Numbered from the stretch's first letter, positions 9,786-18,110 are shown. The stretch is DNA of 64,000 bases from a virus (IMGVR_UViG_3300020048_000021:105848-169847), one strand, 5' to 3'. Program-made: numbers and translations. Notes: generated by a model from the letters alone, not told the origin.

Positions 9786-10487
9786 ATGACTGATCGTGAA
9801 TTATTACAGCAAGCATTTAAATACCTGAAAGTTCTTAGCAGATTTTTAGGTGGGCATAGAAGTGAAAAAATGGATCAACTTATGATGGCGATTGAGATTG
9901 AGTTATCCAAGCCTGAGCAAGAGCCTGAGATTGTGCGGCGAGTAAGAAGATACACAGGTAAGCGGCGTGAATCTGTTGGCAGTCCTCATATCACTGCAAA
10001 AGAGTGTATTGCATTGGCAAACTGGATTGACTCCATACTTGCCGCACCACAAGAGCTGGCCAAACAGGAGTTTTATCCGGACTGGGACATGATAAAACCT
10101 TTTTACGAACGCATTGCGGAACTTGAGGCGCAGCTTGCACAGCCTGAGCAAGAACCTTTAATTGACGGAGACACATCAGATGGTTATCATACGTTCAATG
10201 AACTGTACGACTTTCGCAAGGCATACAACGCAGCATTGTTTAATGAATGGGCGACTAGTGGCAAGTATTCAGTACACAAGTCAAAGTGTCATTATAATGG
10301 AGAAACATGTTTTGGTGGTGGATGGTTTATCGTGATTGCACAATTACCAAATGGTCAAATTTCAAATCATTATGAGATGAAAGATTGGCAATTGTTTCAA
10401 TTGCCCGAAACCGAAAAAGCCTTGTTTGAGTATGATAACCATACTAGTGCAGATGTTTTAAAAAGATTATATTCTTTACACGATTGA
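9786..10487 (+). CDS. hypothetical protein with PEQEP repeats
   Basis: ATG 9786 after upstream stop 9776-9778; repeated PEQEPEI / AQPEQEPL segments. Confidence 0.4.
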   Translation: MTDRELLQQAFKYLKVLSRFLGGHRSEKMDQLMMAIEIELSKPEQEPEIVRRVRRYTGKRRESVGSPHITAKECIALANWIDSILAAPQELAKQEFYPDWDMIKPFYERIAELEAQLAQPEQEPLIDGDTSDGYHTFNELYDFRKAYNAALFNEWATSGKYSVHKSKCHYNGETCFGGGWFIVIAQLPNGQISNHYEMKDWQLFQLPETEKALFEYDNHTSADVLKRLYSLHD

Positions 10488-10569
10488 ATAGATATAGAAG
10501 AAAAACACTGAAAAATAGCACTTATTATATCATTTGGTAAACAAAAGATAAATAAACATAAGAAAGTGC

Positions 10570-10598
10570 TTGACAATTAACCTAACTTAATATATAAT
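10570..10598 (+). promoter_or_regulatory. sigma70-type promoter TTGACA-17-TATAAT
   Basis: TTGACA 10570-10575, TATAAT 10593-10598. Confidence 0.6.
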
Positions 10599-10604
10599 AC
10601 TAAC

Positions 10605-10808
10605 ATGAACTCGAAACTTACTCAGACAATTAATTCTTCCTCGATGCTACAACTAGCGTCAGCGGGATCATATTGGCTCGGGCATGATGCGAGTTTAGCC
10701 ACAATCGTCCCGACAATACGCCAAATTAATAATTCAGCGAATTTTATGGGCACAGTATGTGGTAATGAGTATAAGAGTATTGAGGTTTTTGAAGGGCAAG
10801 ATAGTTAG
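10605..10808 (+). CDS. hypothetical small protein
   Basis: ORF between consensus promoter and terminator. Confidence 0.4.
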   Translation: MNSKLTQTINSSSMLQLASAGSYWLGHDASLATIVPTIRQINNSANFMGTVCGNEYKSIEVFEGQDS

Positions 10809-10837
10809 AAGTATAACTTTCTAATCAATTCAAAAAA

Positions 10838-10871
10838 CCTCAGACCCAAAAGCTCTGAGGTTTTTCTTTTT
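10838..10871 (+). terminator. rho-independent terminator
   Basis: stem CCTCAGA...TCTGAGG followed by TTTTTCTTTTT. Confidence 0.7.
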
Positions 10872-11010
10872 GTAGTAAGTGGATGTAGGCAACGCGAGTC
10901 GTGTGACCACTATAAAATAAGCACTTAATGGGCGGACAGAATACATGAATGTGTGGCGATAACATACATAGTAAGACTTCTGGTATGGGTTAAACCCATA
11001 TAGAAAAGAA

Positions 11011-11394
11011 TTAGTTTCTTTTCTTATATTTACTATATTTTTTACCGTAATACCAATCGTTGATCAAATAATCATCTATATTATATTTAGATACATATTT
11101 GGTTTCTTTAAGATCATCATTTGATATCCATTTGTGATATGTTGCTGGATTTATGGCACGACCGGATTTTATTGCTGCTTTCATATCTCTAGATCGATTA
11201 TCGCTAAATTGTTTTTTAAATTCTATATCAGCTTCTAATTTATGTTTAAATGCTAAATTTCCTGCTTCTGATATGTCTTTTTGTTGATTTAAACGATGAC
11301 CTTGATTTGGTAAAGAGTTAATATAAGAAAATGAACCACCCCCACCCCCGCATTCAATCACCTTATTTATCATTTTTAAGCGCATTGTTGTCAA
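11011..11394 (-). CDS. hypothetical protein (isolated minus-strand gene)
   Basis: 127 aa ORF, GGGGG glycine run, basic C-terminus. Confidence 0.35.
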   Translation of the reverse strand: MTTMRLKMINKVIECGGGGGSFSYINSLPNQGHRLNQQKDISEAGNLAFKHKLEADIEFKKQFSDNRSRDMKAAIKSGRAINPATYHKWISNDDLKETKYVSKYNIDDYLINDWYYGKKYSKYKKRN

Positions 11395-11446
11395 AGATCG
11401 ACCACGAGTTTATCGATGTTATAGTGTGTTTAAAAATTGTAAATAT

Positions 11447-11521
11447 GCTCGGTTAGCTGAAATGGATTAGCAGCGTCTTGATAAGGCGCAGATATTGGAT
11501 CGTTACCAATACCGAGTACCA
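11447..11521 (+). tRNA. tRNA-Ile (anticodon GAU)
   Basis: hand-folded cloverleaf: acceptor GCTCGGT/ACCGAGT, D GCTG/TAGC, anticodon loop TTGATAA, T-loop ATCGTTA, CCA encoded. Confidence 0.7.
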
Positions 11522-11522
11522 A

Positions 11523-11600
11523 GCCCTGTTGGACAAATTGGCAAAGTCGTCTCTCTCAAAAGGAGAAATTCTCTCAGTTCAAATCTGAGACAGGGTACCA
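11523..11600 (+). tRNA. tRNA with anticodon CAA (Leu-type anticodon) but short variable arm
   Basis: acceptor GCCCTGT/ACAGGGT, anticodon stem TCTCT/GGAGA loop CTCAAAA, T-arm CTCAG-TTCAAAT-CTGAG, A73, CCA; variable region only 6 nt. Confidence 0.55.
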
Positions 11601-11606
11601 AATAAT

Positions 11607-11682
11607 GCGGGATTAGCTCAGTTGGTAGAGCGTCTGCTTGCCAAGCAGAAGGTCGTCGGTTCGAGCCCGATATCCCGCTCCA
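11607..11682 (+). tRNA. tRNA-Gly (GCC)
   Basis: canonical cloverleaf GCGGGAT...TTGCCAA...GGTTCGAGCC...ATCCCGC-T-CCA. Confidence 0.85.
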
Positions 11683-11754
11683 GAGTACTCTTTATTGTCT
11701 ACTGTTCATTGACGATAGGGGAAGGGAGAAAGAACAGTTCTCCCGAGAGTTTAT

Positions 11755-11830
11755 GGGCTGTGATTGAGCTGGGGTTCTTGGCTGCTTTGCAAGCAGTTAT
11801 CGTAGGGTTCGATTCCCTAACGGTCCACCA
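11755..11830 (+). tRNA. tRNA-Ala (UGC)
   Basis: acceptor GGGCTGT/ACGGTCC with G3-U70 Ala identity pair, anticodon loop TTTGCAA, T-arm TAGGG-TTCGATT-CCCTA; weak D-stem. Confidence 0.65.
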
Positions 11831-11897
11831 AATTAGTTGACATTTAATTCATCATGAGTTATAATGTGTAAATAGTAGTAGAAATAAAAAGTTTAAT

Positions 11898-11973
11898 TGC
11901 TTAGTAGCTCAGTTGGTAGAGTAGATGACTGTTAATCATTTGGTCCGTGGTTCGAGCCCACGCTAGGCAGCCA
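11898..11973 (+). tRNA. tRNA-Asn (GUU)
   Basis: acceptor TGCTTAG/CTAGGCA, anticodon loop CTGTTAA, T-arm CGTGG-TTCGAGC-CCACG, CCA. Confidence 0.8.
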
Positions 11974-12011
11974 GTTTAAGTAATAGTGTAGTTAACATAC
12001 AAAAGACAAAT

Positions 12012-12206
12012 ATGAAAACAATTCTAGTAAATAATGATGGTTTTAACACTAAAGTAGAATTACGAGAAGTTCTTAGTCCAAAAGGCTCAGTACAACTTCG
12101 TTTTCTTACTGAATGGGATGAAGCAAAACGAGATGTAGGTGATCATGTTCAATATGAAGTTGTATTGACTGCCAATCAACTCAAAAATCTGAAAGATTTA
12201 CTGTAA
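12012..12206 (+). CDS. hypothetical small protein inside tRNA cluster
   Basis: 64 aa ORF between tRNA genes. Confidence 0.35.
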   Translation: MKTILVNNDGFNTKVELREVLSPKGSVQLRFLTEWDEAKRDVGDHVQYEVVLTANQLKNLKDLL

Positions 12207-12213
12207 GGTCTGA

Positions 12214-12293
12214 TGCGGAGTAGGGGAGTCTGGTCGTCCCCGCTAGTCTCATAAGCTAGAGATCGTGTGGTTCGAATCCCACTTCCGCTTCCA
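12214..12293 (+). tRNA. tRNA with CAU anticodon (Met or Ile2), atypical T-arm
   Basis: acceptor TGCGGAG, U8-A9, D GGGG/CCCC with 11-nt loop, anticodon stem CTAGT/GCTAG loop CTCATAA; T-arm only 4 bp with 8-nt loop; 1-72 mismatch. Confidence 0.5.
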
Positions 12294-12315
12294 AAATATA
12301 TGACAAGGAGTCATT

Positions 12316-12552
12316 ATGAAAGCAGCATTGGCAATTATCGTAGCAACAGCGGCACTTAGTGGATGTGTAGTAGCTGATCCATATTATGTTCAGACTAGAC
12401 CAGTGTATGTTCAATCGGCGCCTGTTTATGTACAGCCTCCTGTGTATATACAGCCTAGACCTGTTTATGTAGTTCCATATGTTCGTTGTGGTTATGTACA
12501 ACAATGGAATAATTATTACAGAACATATCAAAGTGTAAGAGTCTGTCGTTAA
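12316..12552 (+). CDS. small lipoprotein with PVYVQ repeats
   Basis: signal peptide with lipobox LSGC; repeats RPVYVQ / APVYVQ / PVYIQ / RPVYVV; RBS AAGGAGTCATTATG. Confidence 0.55.
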   Translation: MKAALAIIVATAALSGCVVADPYYVQTRPVYVQSAPVYVQPPVYIQPRPVYVVPYVRCGYVQQWNNYYRTYQSVRVCR

Positions 12553-12562
12553 AAGTTTAATT

Positions 12563-12639
<77 letters not shown>

Positions 12640-12647
12640 TTTTTTAT

Positions 12648-12724
12648 ATCCGCGTAGCTCAATTGGATAGAGCAACAGTTTACGAAACTGTAGGTTGGGG
12701 GCTCGTATCCCTCCGTGGGTACCA
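12648..12724 (+). tRNA. tRNA-Arg (ACG)
   Basis: acceptor ATCCGCG/CGTGGGT, anticodon stem ACAGT/ACTGT loop TTACGAA, T-loop CTCGTAT (non-canonical), CCA. Confidence 0.7.
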
Positions 12725-12725
12725 A

Positions 12726-12802
12726 GTCGCCTTAACTCAACTGGATAGAGTGTCAGTCTTCGAAACTGAAAGTTGTGGGTTCAAGTCCCTCAGGCGGCAC
12801 CA
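12726..12802 (+). tRNA. tRNA-Arg (UCG)
   Basis: acceptor GTCGCCT/AGGCGGC, anticodon stem TCAGT/ACTGA loop CTTCGAA, T-loop TTCAAGT, CCA. Confidence 0.7.
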
Positions 12803-12818
12803 TTAGAGAAACCTAACT

Positions 12819-13319
12819 ATGAAAAAAATATTTCTAGACACTGAATTTACAGATTTTATTGACTGTGAGTTGATTAGTATCGGCGCAGTTGATGAATCTG
12901 GCTTTGAATTTTATGCTGAAGTTACTGACTTTAGACGAGAAGCCTGTAGTTCATTTGTTAAAGAAACGGTTATTCCATTATTGGGACAATATCCCAAATC
13001 GTATGTGAACACAAAACAACGAGTAGCTGAAGTATTTTATGAATGGTTGCAATCATATCGTCACGATGGGTGTATACTATGTGTTGACTATCATGCTGAT
13101 TGGGATTTAACCTTAGATTTACTAAGTTTAGTGCCTGATGCTGATATTAGTTTTATTCAAGGTCGAATGATATGGACTGATCTAGATCATCAGAAAATTG
13201 AACAGTATTGGGTCGATAGTCAACTACCACGACACATGGCGTTATATGATGCTCGTGCTAATCGTATAGGCTACGATGAAGAGAATGGTTACCGAGAAGA
13301 TAATGAAGAATCGTTATAA
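12819..13319 (+). CDS. DEDD-family 3'-5' exonuclease (DnaQ/oligoribonuclease-like)
   Basis: N-terminal motif FLDTEFTD (Exo I), later HxxxD-type residues; 166 aa. Confidence 0.55.
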   Translation: MKKIFLDTEFTDFIDCELISIGAVDESGFEFYAEVTDFRREACSSFVKETVIPLLGQYPKSYVNTKQRVAEVFYEWLQSYRHDGCILCVDYHADWDLTLDLLSLVPDADISFIQGRMIWTDLDHQKIEQYWVDSQLPRHMALYDARANRIGYDEENGYREDNEESL

Positions 13320-13701
13320 GAAAATATCGCCTGTTACTGCGTGGTGTATGTATGATAAGAAACAAGATACGTATATTCATCATCATATTGAAGACGGGCA
13401 TTGCGAGAATGATATTCCTACACCGAAAGAATCAATTCATTCGTCGTGGGAAAATCAAAAATGGGTAAAAGAATTCAAATGGATTCGTTCTGATTATGTA
13501 GTACAAGATGATAGAAAGCACAAGTATGCCGAATTGATACACGCATGGGCAAATGGTGCTACAATACAAGTATATTGGACCGGTAGTGGTATGACTCAAT
13601 ACGATTGGATCGATGTTGAATACCCTATTTGGAACATGGACGACTGTAAGACTCTCGAAGGCGAGAACATTACATGGCGATTTAGAATTAAACCCGAATA
13701 A
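13276..13701 (+). CDS. hypothetical protein, AWANGAxIQVY paralog family member 3
   Basis: motif LIHAWANGATIQVYW...WRFRIKPE; start uncertain (alternative ATG 13306). Confidence 0.4.
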   Translation: MKRMVTEKIMKNRYKKISPVTAWCMYDKKQDTYIHHHIEDGHCENDIPTPKESIHSSWENQKWVKEFKWIRSDYVVQDDRKHKYAELIHAWANGATIQVYWTGSGMTQYDWIDVEYPIWNMDDCKTLEGENITWRFRIKPE

Positions 13702-13720
13702 TAGAAAAAAAAGAAAATAG

Positions 13721-13948
13721 ATGTATAAAGTATATTGGACTTCAGAAGATGGAGTAGCTAGAAGTGAAGATTATTTAGAAATGGTAACAGCATTGACTGA
13801 AGCCAATCGTCTTCGTTCCGTAGGTTTTGCTTACGTTGCAATGGTAGGCGAGAATCCAAACCAAGTCGGTAAGATGGGCGTGGATAGTGTAGTAGATGGT
13901 AAATTGCCAAGTGGAGAAGAGTACACTTGGAAGATGCGAAGAATTTAA
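13721..13948 (+). CDS. hypothetical protein
   Basis: 75 aa ORF. Confidence 0.4.
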   Translation: MYKVYWTSEDGVARSEDYLEMVTALTEANRLRSVGFAYVAMVGENPNQVGKMGVDSVVDGKLPSGEEYTWKMRRI

Positions 13949-13981
13949 ATTTTCCATGATCTCTTTAATATAAATAATTTT

Positions 13982-14662
13982 ATGAAATCAATATTATTAT
14001 ATTCTTTGCCAAGAGCAAAAAGCACTGCTGTTTTATATTCATGTAAGAGTAAATTTAAATTAAATGAACCATTTGGGCTTACTAATATATATAAACATAT
14101 AACTTCTAATGAGTCGTGGATAAAACGAGCTGAGCTTAATAGTAAATTTGTTGATTCCGGACAATGGGACGAATTACTAGATCAGATGAATAGTGACAAT
14201 ACGGTAACGAAAATCGTTAGCACTGATATTTATAATTTTAATCCAGCAAGATCATGGTTTGAATATTCAATTGAGAATCAAACTCATGACATTTTTATTA
14301 TTGAAAGAGAAAATAGAGAAGAGACGTTAATATCATATATTATTGCCAGACATTTTGGATGGCATAAATCTACAGAAGTAGAGCCGTATGAATTTAAAGC
14401 AGACAATAATTTATTACCGTTTTTAAATTCAATGATAGATAGTTATCTTAGATTTTATCCTAAGAAGGGTAAAATAATAACACTTAATAATTTACCAGAA
14501 AGTCATTTTGATAAAACATTAAATCATACAGTTGATCAAGAATCATTATCTAAATATAGATATTTTAAAAATTTAGATGAATTTAGAGTTCATATTAAAT
14601 ATATTCTTGATTATTATAAAGATGAGTGGGATTTCAAAATAAGAAATTTAGATCAATCATAG
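13982..14662 (+). CDS. hypothetical protein (possible sulfotransferase-like fold)
   Basis: N-terminal LYSLPRAKSTAV resembles the PAPS-binding 5'-PSB loop; weak. Confidence 0.35.
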   Translation: MKSILLYSLPRAKSTAVLYSCKSKFKLNEPFGLTNIYKHITSNESWIKRAELNSKFVDSGQWDELLDQMNSDNTVTKIVSTDIYNFNPARSWFEYSIENQTHDIFIIERENREETLISYIIARHFGWHKSTEVEPYEFKADNNLLPFLNSMIDSYLRFYPKKGKIITLNNLPESHFDKTLNHTVDQESLSKYRYFKNLDEFRVHIKYILDYYKDEWDFKIRNLDQS

Positions 14663-14703
14663 TTACAAATTGACAATGTTCAATTTAAACAAAAATTTTT
14701 TAT

Positions 14704-14779
14704 CTCCGTGTGGCGTAATCTGGTAGCGTAGTCGGTCTGGAGCCGAGCGGTCCAAGTTCAAATCTTGGCATGGAGACCA
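14704..14779 (+). tRNA. tRNA-like gene, anticodon loop TCTGGAG (UGG reading, C at position 33)
   Basis: 76 nt, acceptor CTCCGTG/CATGGAG, D GCGT/GCGT via G-U pairs, T-arm CCAAG-TTCAAAT-CTTGG, CCA; anticodon stem has outer mismatch. Confidence 0.5.
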
Positions 14780-14784
14780 TTTTT

Positions 14785-14862
14785 GCAGGGTGAGCTAGTT
14801 TGGTAATTCAGCGACGGTTTGAAGAACCGTAGAACCCAGTTCGATTCTGGGACCCTGTACCA
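14785..14862 (+). tRNA. tRNA-Phe (GAA)
   Basis: acceptor GCAGGGT/ACCCTGT, anticodon stem ACGGT/ACCGT loop TTGAAGA, T-arm CCCAG-TTCGATT-CTGGG, CCA. Confidence 0.75.
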
Positions 14863-14871
14863 AAGTTTTAT

Positions 14872-14947
14872 GGGTAAGTAGTTCAATTGGCAGAATAGCG
14901 GTCTCCAAAACCGTTGGTTGTAGGTTCGAGTCCTACCTTGCCCGCCA
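14872..14947 (+). tRNA. tRNA-Trp (CCA)
   Basis: acceptor GGGTAAG/CTTGCCC, anticodon loop CTCCAAA, T-arm GTAGG-TTCGAGT-CCTAC, CCA. Confidence 0.8.
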
Positions 14948-14956
14948 AATAGCAAT

Positions 14957-15031
14957 GCTGATATAGCGTAGTGGTAGCGCACTCCCTTGGTAAGGGAGAG
15001 GTCATGAGTTCAATCCTCATTATCAGCACCA
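14957..15031 (+). tRNA. tRNA-Thr (GGU)
   Basis: acceptor GCTGATA/TATCAGC, anticodon stem CTCCC/GGGAG loop TTGGTAA, T-arm ATGAG-TTCAATC-CTCAT, CCA. Confidence 0.85.
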
Positions 15032-15060
15032 ATGAGTAACACAATTTAAAGGAGACGTAA

Positions 15061-15276
15061 ATGAGTATCAAGGATATGGTTGCTGGAAAAACTGTAAAGT
15101 TTGTCAAGTACCAACGTAGTGAACTGTGGTATGTGACTGAGTGCGGATTTGAATTTCCTGTTCCTCTAGATGAAACAGGTGACGCTGCATTTCTTGATAC
15201 TGATAAGGCTATGATGTTTATGAGATGGATTCGCAAGTACATGGAATTTCTAGAAACAGCAAAGCAAGAAAGTTAA
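15061..15276 (+). CDS. hypothetical small protein inside tRNA cluster
   Basis: 71 aa ORF with RBS AAGGAGACGTAAATG. Confidence 0.45.
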   Translation: MSIKDMVAGKTVKFVKYQRSELWYVTECGFEFPVPLDETGDAAFLDTDKAMMFMRWIRKYMEFLETAKQES

Positions 15277-15282
15277 TTTAAT

Positions 15283-15367
15283 GCCCCGATGGTGGAATCG
15301 GCAGACACGCTGGTCTTAGAAGCCAGTACCGAAAGGTGTGAGAGTTCAAGTCTCTCTTGGGGCACCA
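15283..15367 (+). tRNA. tRNA-Leu (UAG), type II
   Basis: acceptor GCCCCGA/TTGGGGC, anticodon stem CTGGT/GCCAG loop CTTAGAA, long variable arm, T-arm GAGAG-TTCAAGT-CTCTC, CCA. Confidence 0.75.
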
Positions 15368-15374
15368 AATATTT

Positions 15375-15449
15375 AGATGATTAGAGCAGCGGTAGCTCAT
15401 CGCCTCGACATGGCGCAGGTCATTGGTTCAAATCCAATATCATCTACCA
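15375..15449 (+). tRNA. tRNA, probable Val (GAC), C at position 33
   Basis: acceptor AGATGAT/ATCATCT perfect, D GAGC/GCTC, anticodon loop TCGACAT with 27-43 mismatch, T-arm ATTGG-TTCAAAT-CCAAT, CCA. Confidence 0.55.
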
Positions 15450-15456
15450 AAACAAT

Positions 15457-15549
15457 GGGTAGTAATGCAGCGGGGTTGGTCCTGCGACTGGCCTTGAAAA
15501 CCAGGTTCTCTGTAATGGGGATGGGGTTCGACTCCTCTGCTACCCGCCA
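15457..15549 (+). tRNA. tRNA-Ser (UGA), type II
   Basis: acceptor GGGTAGT/GCTACCC, anticodon loop CTTGAAA, variable arm stem TCTC/GGGA, T-loop TTCGACT, CCA; 93 nt. Confidence 0.65.
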
Positions 15550-15630
15550 ATTTTTTTAGGAGCAATTATGTTTAAATTTACAGAAAGATACTTTTTCCGA
15601 ATGCGTTAGGTTACGCAAAAGGAGAAAGAC

Positions 15631-15948
15631 ATGAGTAGAACATATCGTTTTAAGCACGACGAGTACATGATACAAGATGAACTTTATAAATGGGTAAAAG
15701 TAGAAAATAATCGATACGCTTATAATAAAGTTAAATTAGATTCAAAGAGTAAAGAAGGTCAACGTAAAATTGCAGTTACTCGCTCAGGAAAGCATATTAT
15801 GCAACACAATGGGCCAAGTTGGTTTAGACGTGAATTTTCACAAGTTCCATATCGAAGACGTGCAAAAAGATTGATTCATCAATATATTCGTGGTGAAATA
15901 GAAGATGTATTGTTAGAATCCAAACCACACAGAGAGTATTGGTATTAA
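15631..15948 (+). CDS. hypothetical basic protein
   Basis: 105 aa ORF, RBS AAAGGAGAAAGACATG, followed by terminator. Confidence 0.5.
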   Translation: MSRTYRFKHDEYMIQDELYKWVKVENNRYAYNKVKLDSKSKEGQRKIAVTRSGKHIMQHNGPSWFRREFSQVPYRRRAKRLIHQYIRGEIEDVLLESKPHREYWY

Positions 15949-15951
15949 AAT

Positions 15952-15977
15952 ATCACGCCTTTGGGCGTGATATTTTA
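15952..15977 (+). terminator. rho-independent terminator
   Basis: stem ATCACGCC/GGCGTGAT with TTTG loop then ATTTTA. Confidence 0.65.
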
Positions 15978-15999
15978 TGAACATTAAAGAGAAAATAAA

Positions 16000-16365
16000 A
16001 TGAGAAATTATAATTCAAAGATAGAAGATATGGTAGGAAAAGTATTTACTTCAGTTACATCAGATCATGACACTATGGTATTCAAAAATGACACAGAATC
16101 GTTTACATTTTTTCATAGTCAAAGTTGCTGTGAGAATGTAGAGATCAATGACATTGTTGGTGATTTATCTGACTTGGTCGGAACTCCATTATTAATGGCA
16201 GAAGAAGTATCGGGTAGTGGTCCAGATTCAGAAGATTCGTGGACGTCACGTACTTGGACATTCTATAAATTTGCCACTATTCACGGATACGTAGATGTAC
16301 GCTGGCTGGGTGAGTCAAATGGCTACTATAGCGAGAGTGTCGATTTAGATCATCAAATGTTGTAA
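16000..16365 (+). CDS. hypothetical protein
   Basis: 121 aa ORF, RBS. Confidence 0.45.
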   Translation: MRNYNSKIEDMVGKVFTSVTSDHDTMVFKNDTESFTFFHSQSCCENVEINDIVGDLSDLVGTPLLMAEEVSGSGPDSEDSWTSRTWTFYKFATIHGYVDVRWLGESNGYYSESVDLDHQML

Positions 16366-16411
16366 AAATACAACACTATTATTTGACGATAATTCGGTTT
16401 TAGTGTATAAT
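16358..16411 (+). promoter_or_regulatory. PeSL cassette: palindrome + promoter TTGACG(16383-16388)-17-TATAAT(16406-16411) with conserved leader ATACACATACACTAGAGAAAAGGA
   Basis: sequence read; leader repeated at 16710, 17285, 63977. Confidence 0.7.
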
Positions 16412-16441
16412 ATACACATACACTAGAGAAAAGGATAGAAA

Positions 16442-16654
16442 ATGAGCGAATTAACAGCGTGTTCTAAAGAGGCAAAAGCCGTAGTAGAATTCGAGAATCG
16501 TATTAAATATATGATTATTATGAGCAATGGCTATCATGATCGGTTAAGTGCCATTCGCTGGATCGCTAAACGAGAAGGCGCTGTTAAAAACCCAGAATCT
16601 CTGTGTCTTTTGTTGGGTCTCCCACGCGATTACTTTGCCGGTGATTTTTTCTAA
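16442..16654 (+). CDS. hypothetical protein
   Basis: 70 aa ORF downstream of PeSL with RBS AAAAGGATAGAAAATG. Confidence 0.45.
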   Translation: MSELTACSKEAKAVVEFENRIKYMIIMSNGYHDRLSAIRWIAKREGAVKNPESLCLLLGLPRDYFAGDFF

Positions 16655-16709
16655 TGTTGTAAAAATACAACACTATTTGATTGACAGTAAATCCTGTTTA
16701 CTGTACAAT
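16655..16709 (+). promoter_or_regulatory. PeSL cassette: palindrome + promoter TTGACA(16681-16686)-17-TACAAT(16704-16709)
   Basis: sequence read. Confidence 0.7.
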
Positions 16710-16739
16710 ACACACATACACTAGAGAAAAGGAAGTACA

Positions 16740-17009
16740 ATGTCTAAAAAGAATGTCGCAGTTGTTCGTATGAAAACCCACGGGTCGCACGGCGGAACTG
16801 ATGTCAATTTCTTTGTCACTAAGAATTCTCAGATTAACATTCACGAGTATGCACACCCAAGTCATAGACGAAATGACGAGTCGCTACGCTATATTTGTGT
16901 AGATGATGGTCGTCATGGCAACGGTGGGTGGCTATTTGAAACAGATCGAGACTATAAACTCGCTGACGTATTAAAAGTGTTTGAAGATGCTTTCAACAGT
17001 TTGGACTAA
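16740..17009 (+). CDS. hypothetical protein
   Basis: 89 aa ORF after conserved leader AAAAGGAAGTACAATG. Confidence 0.45.
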   Translation: MSKKNVAVVRMKTHGSHGGTDVNFFVTKNSQINIHEYAHPSHRRNDESLRYICVDDGRHGNGGWLFETDRDYKLADVLKVFEDAFNSLD

Positions 17010-17010
17010 T

Positions 17011-17229
17011 ATGAAAATTACAATTGACGTTGAGGAAATTGCTCGATTGGCAGAAAAACATCAAGAAATTAGTTATAATTTCGATGTTCCGTTTATGGAT
17101 GCTTTACGAGAATTACATCCAGAGTTGTGGGAGCCAGTTGACAGAATTATGACTGAGCAGTTGAAAAACAAATACAAGTGGCAGCGAGTTGGGAATGTAA
17201 TGTTTATCGATCATACTCAATCAGAATAA
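17011..17229 (+). CDS. hypothetical protein
   Basis: ATG 17011 immediately after upstream TAA; ORF-track start 16981 overlaps upstream gene. Confidence 0.4.
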   Translation: MKITIDVEEIARLAEKHQEISYNFDVPFMDALRELHPELWEPVDRIMTEQLKNKYKWQRVGNVMFIDHTQSE

Positions 17230-17283
17230 TGTTGTAACAATACAACAAAATAACTTGACAGTAAATCGATATTCCTGTATAAT
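17230..17283 (+). promoter_or_regulatory. PeSL cassette: palindrome TGTTGTA-N4-TACAACA + promoter TTGACA(17255-17260)-17-TATAAT(17278-17283)
   Basis: sequence read. Confidence 0.7.
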
Positions 17284-17314
17284 ATACACATACACTAGAG
17301 AAAAGGAAGTAAAC

Positions 17315-17506
17315 ATGAATTTACTAAATCAAATGGAACAGGCTGAAGAAAAATTTTGTGATAAATTAGATGCCGAAGGTCCCGTTGTTATTCACGGCAT
17401 GAAGTTTGATCGTAGTTTGATCATGCGAGTAATGGCAGAAAATTATTATTCCGATGCTCTTGACGCTTATATGATTTCACTCGGAATCGATATTGATGGC
17501 GAATAA
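17315..17506 (+). CDS. hypothetical acidic protein
   Basis: ATG 17315 after leader AAAAGGAAGTAAACATG; ORF-track start lies in promoter. Confidence 0.45.
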   Translation: MNLLNQMEQAEEKFCDKLDAEGPVVIHGMKFDRSLIMRVMAENYYSDALDAYMISLGIDIDGE

Positions 17507-17507
17507 T

Positions 17508-17735
17508 ATGAGCATCGACAAAGTTATCGAAATTGTCGAACAGGCAGCAATTTATTCCCCAGTAACGGGCGAGTCAATTCGTATCGACTATTGGGATACT
17601 CCAGATGAGGATCCACAAGAAATGTTTTATGGGACTGGCGAAGAATCAGGCGAAGAATATGGAATTCGTTTTGATGAAGTCGATCTAGAATTAGATTTGT
17701 TTTACAAATTAGTTTTAATTAATCCTAAGGATTAA
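17508..17735 (+). CDS. hypothetical acidic protein
   Basis: 75 aa ORF, acidic DE-rich. Confidence 0.4.
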   Translation: MSIDKVIEIVEQAAIYSPVTGESIRIDYWDTPDEDPQEMFYGTGEESGEEYGIRFDEVDLELDLFYKLVLINPKD

Positions 17736-17753
17736 TCAGAAAAAGGAAAAGCA

Positions 17754-17945
17754 ATGACCGTAACCGTGGCTAAAATGAACAACAAGATTGTTGAAGTTCT
17801 TAGAGTAGCGGAAACAGTTGGCTTCTCTGACGAACGTGGTTGGGTCTGTATTTGCTATCATGTAGGCGATGTTAATAGCAACGCCGTTAAGTGGGTAAAA
17901 ATAGACAAAAATCATTTTTCTTGGATAAGAGAATTTAATTTTTAA
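17754..17945 (+). CDS. hypothetical protein
   Basis: 63 aa, RBS AAAAGGAAAAGCAATG. Confidence 0.4.
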   Translation: MTVTVAKMNNKIVEVLRVAETVGFSDERGWVCICYHVGDVNSNAVKWVKIDKNHFSWIREFNF

Positions 17946-17961
17946 AAGTAGTTAAATTCTC

Positions 17962-17990
17962 TTGACAATAAATCAGTAGTACGCTATAAT
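17962..17990 (+). promoter_or_regulatory. sigma70-type promoter TTGACAATAAATC-17-TATAAT driving the third tRNA/structured-RNA cluster
   Basis: TTGACA 17962-17967, TATAAT 17985-17990. Confidence 0.65.
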
Positions 17991-18029
17991 AGAAGTTCAG
18001 TAAGTAAATCGTTCTTTAAAAATCAGACG

Positions 18030-18110
18030 CAATATTGAAGTACTCTTAAACATTGGTCTTGGTCGTTACCAGCCTAAGGCGAAAACGGCGACGAGAGTAT
18101 TTCAATATTG
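18030..18110 (+). repeat. inverted-repeat hairpin element (arms CAATATTGAAGTACT / AGTATTTCAATATTG) enclosing about 50 nt
   Basis: arms read from sequence, 14 of 15 complementary. Confidence 0.6.

Noticed and set aside
11622-11840. ORF-track ORF of 72 aa overlapping tRNA-Gly and tRNA-Ala
   Set aside because: The reading frame runs through two well-formed tRNA genes on the same strand and has no RBS. This is a spurious open frame in structured RNA.
13969-13976. TATAAATA box 5 nt upstream of the 13982 start codon as a late promoter
   Set aside because: An exact match, but only 5 nt separate it from the ATG, which leaves no room for a leader. It could be chance in an AT-rich spacer, so I did not list it as a feature.
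14758-15242. Two minus-strand ORFs (74 and 119 aa) across the 14.7-15.0 kb tRNA block
   Set aside because: They are antisense to four consecutive tRNA genes; the GC-rich tRNA sequence keeps the frames open by chance.
15377-15559. 60-aa + strand ORF inside tRNA genes 15375-15549
   Set aside because: Overlaps two tRNAs on the same strand, has no RBS, and the reading frame is an artefact.
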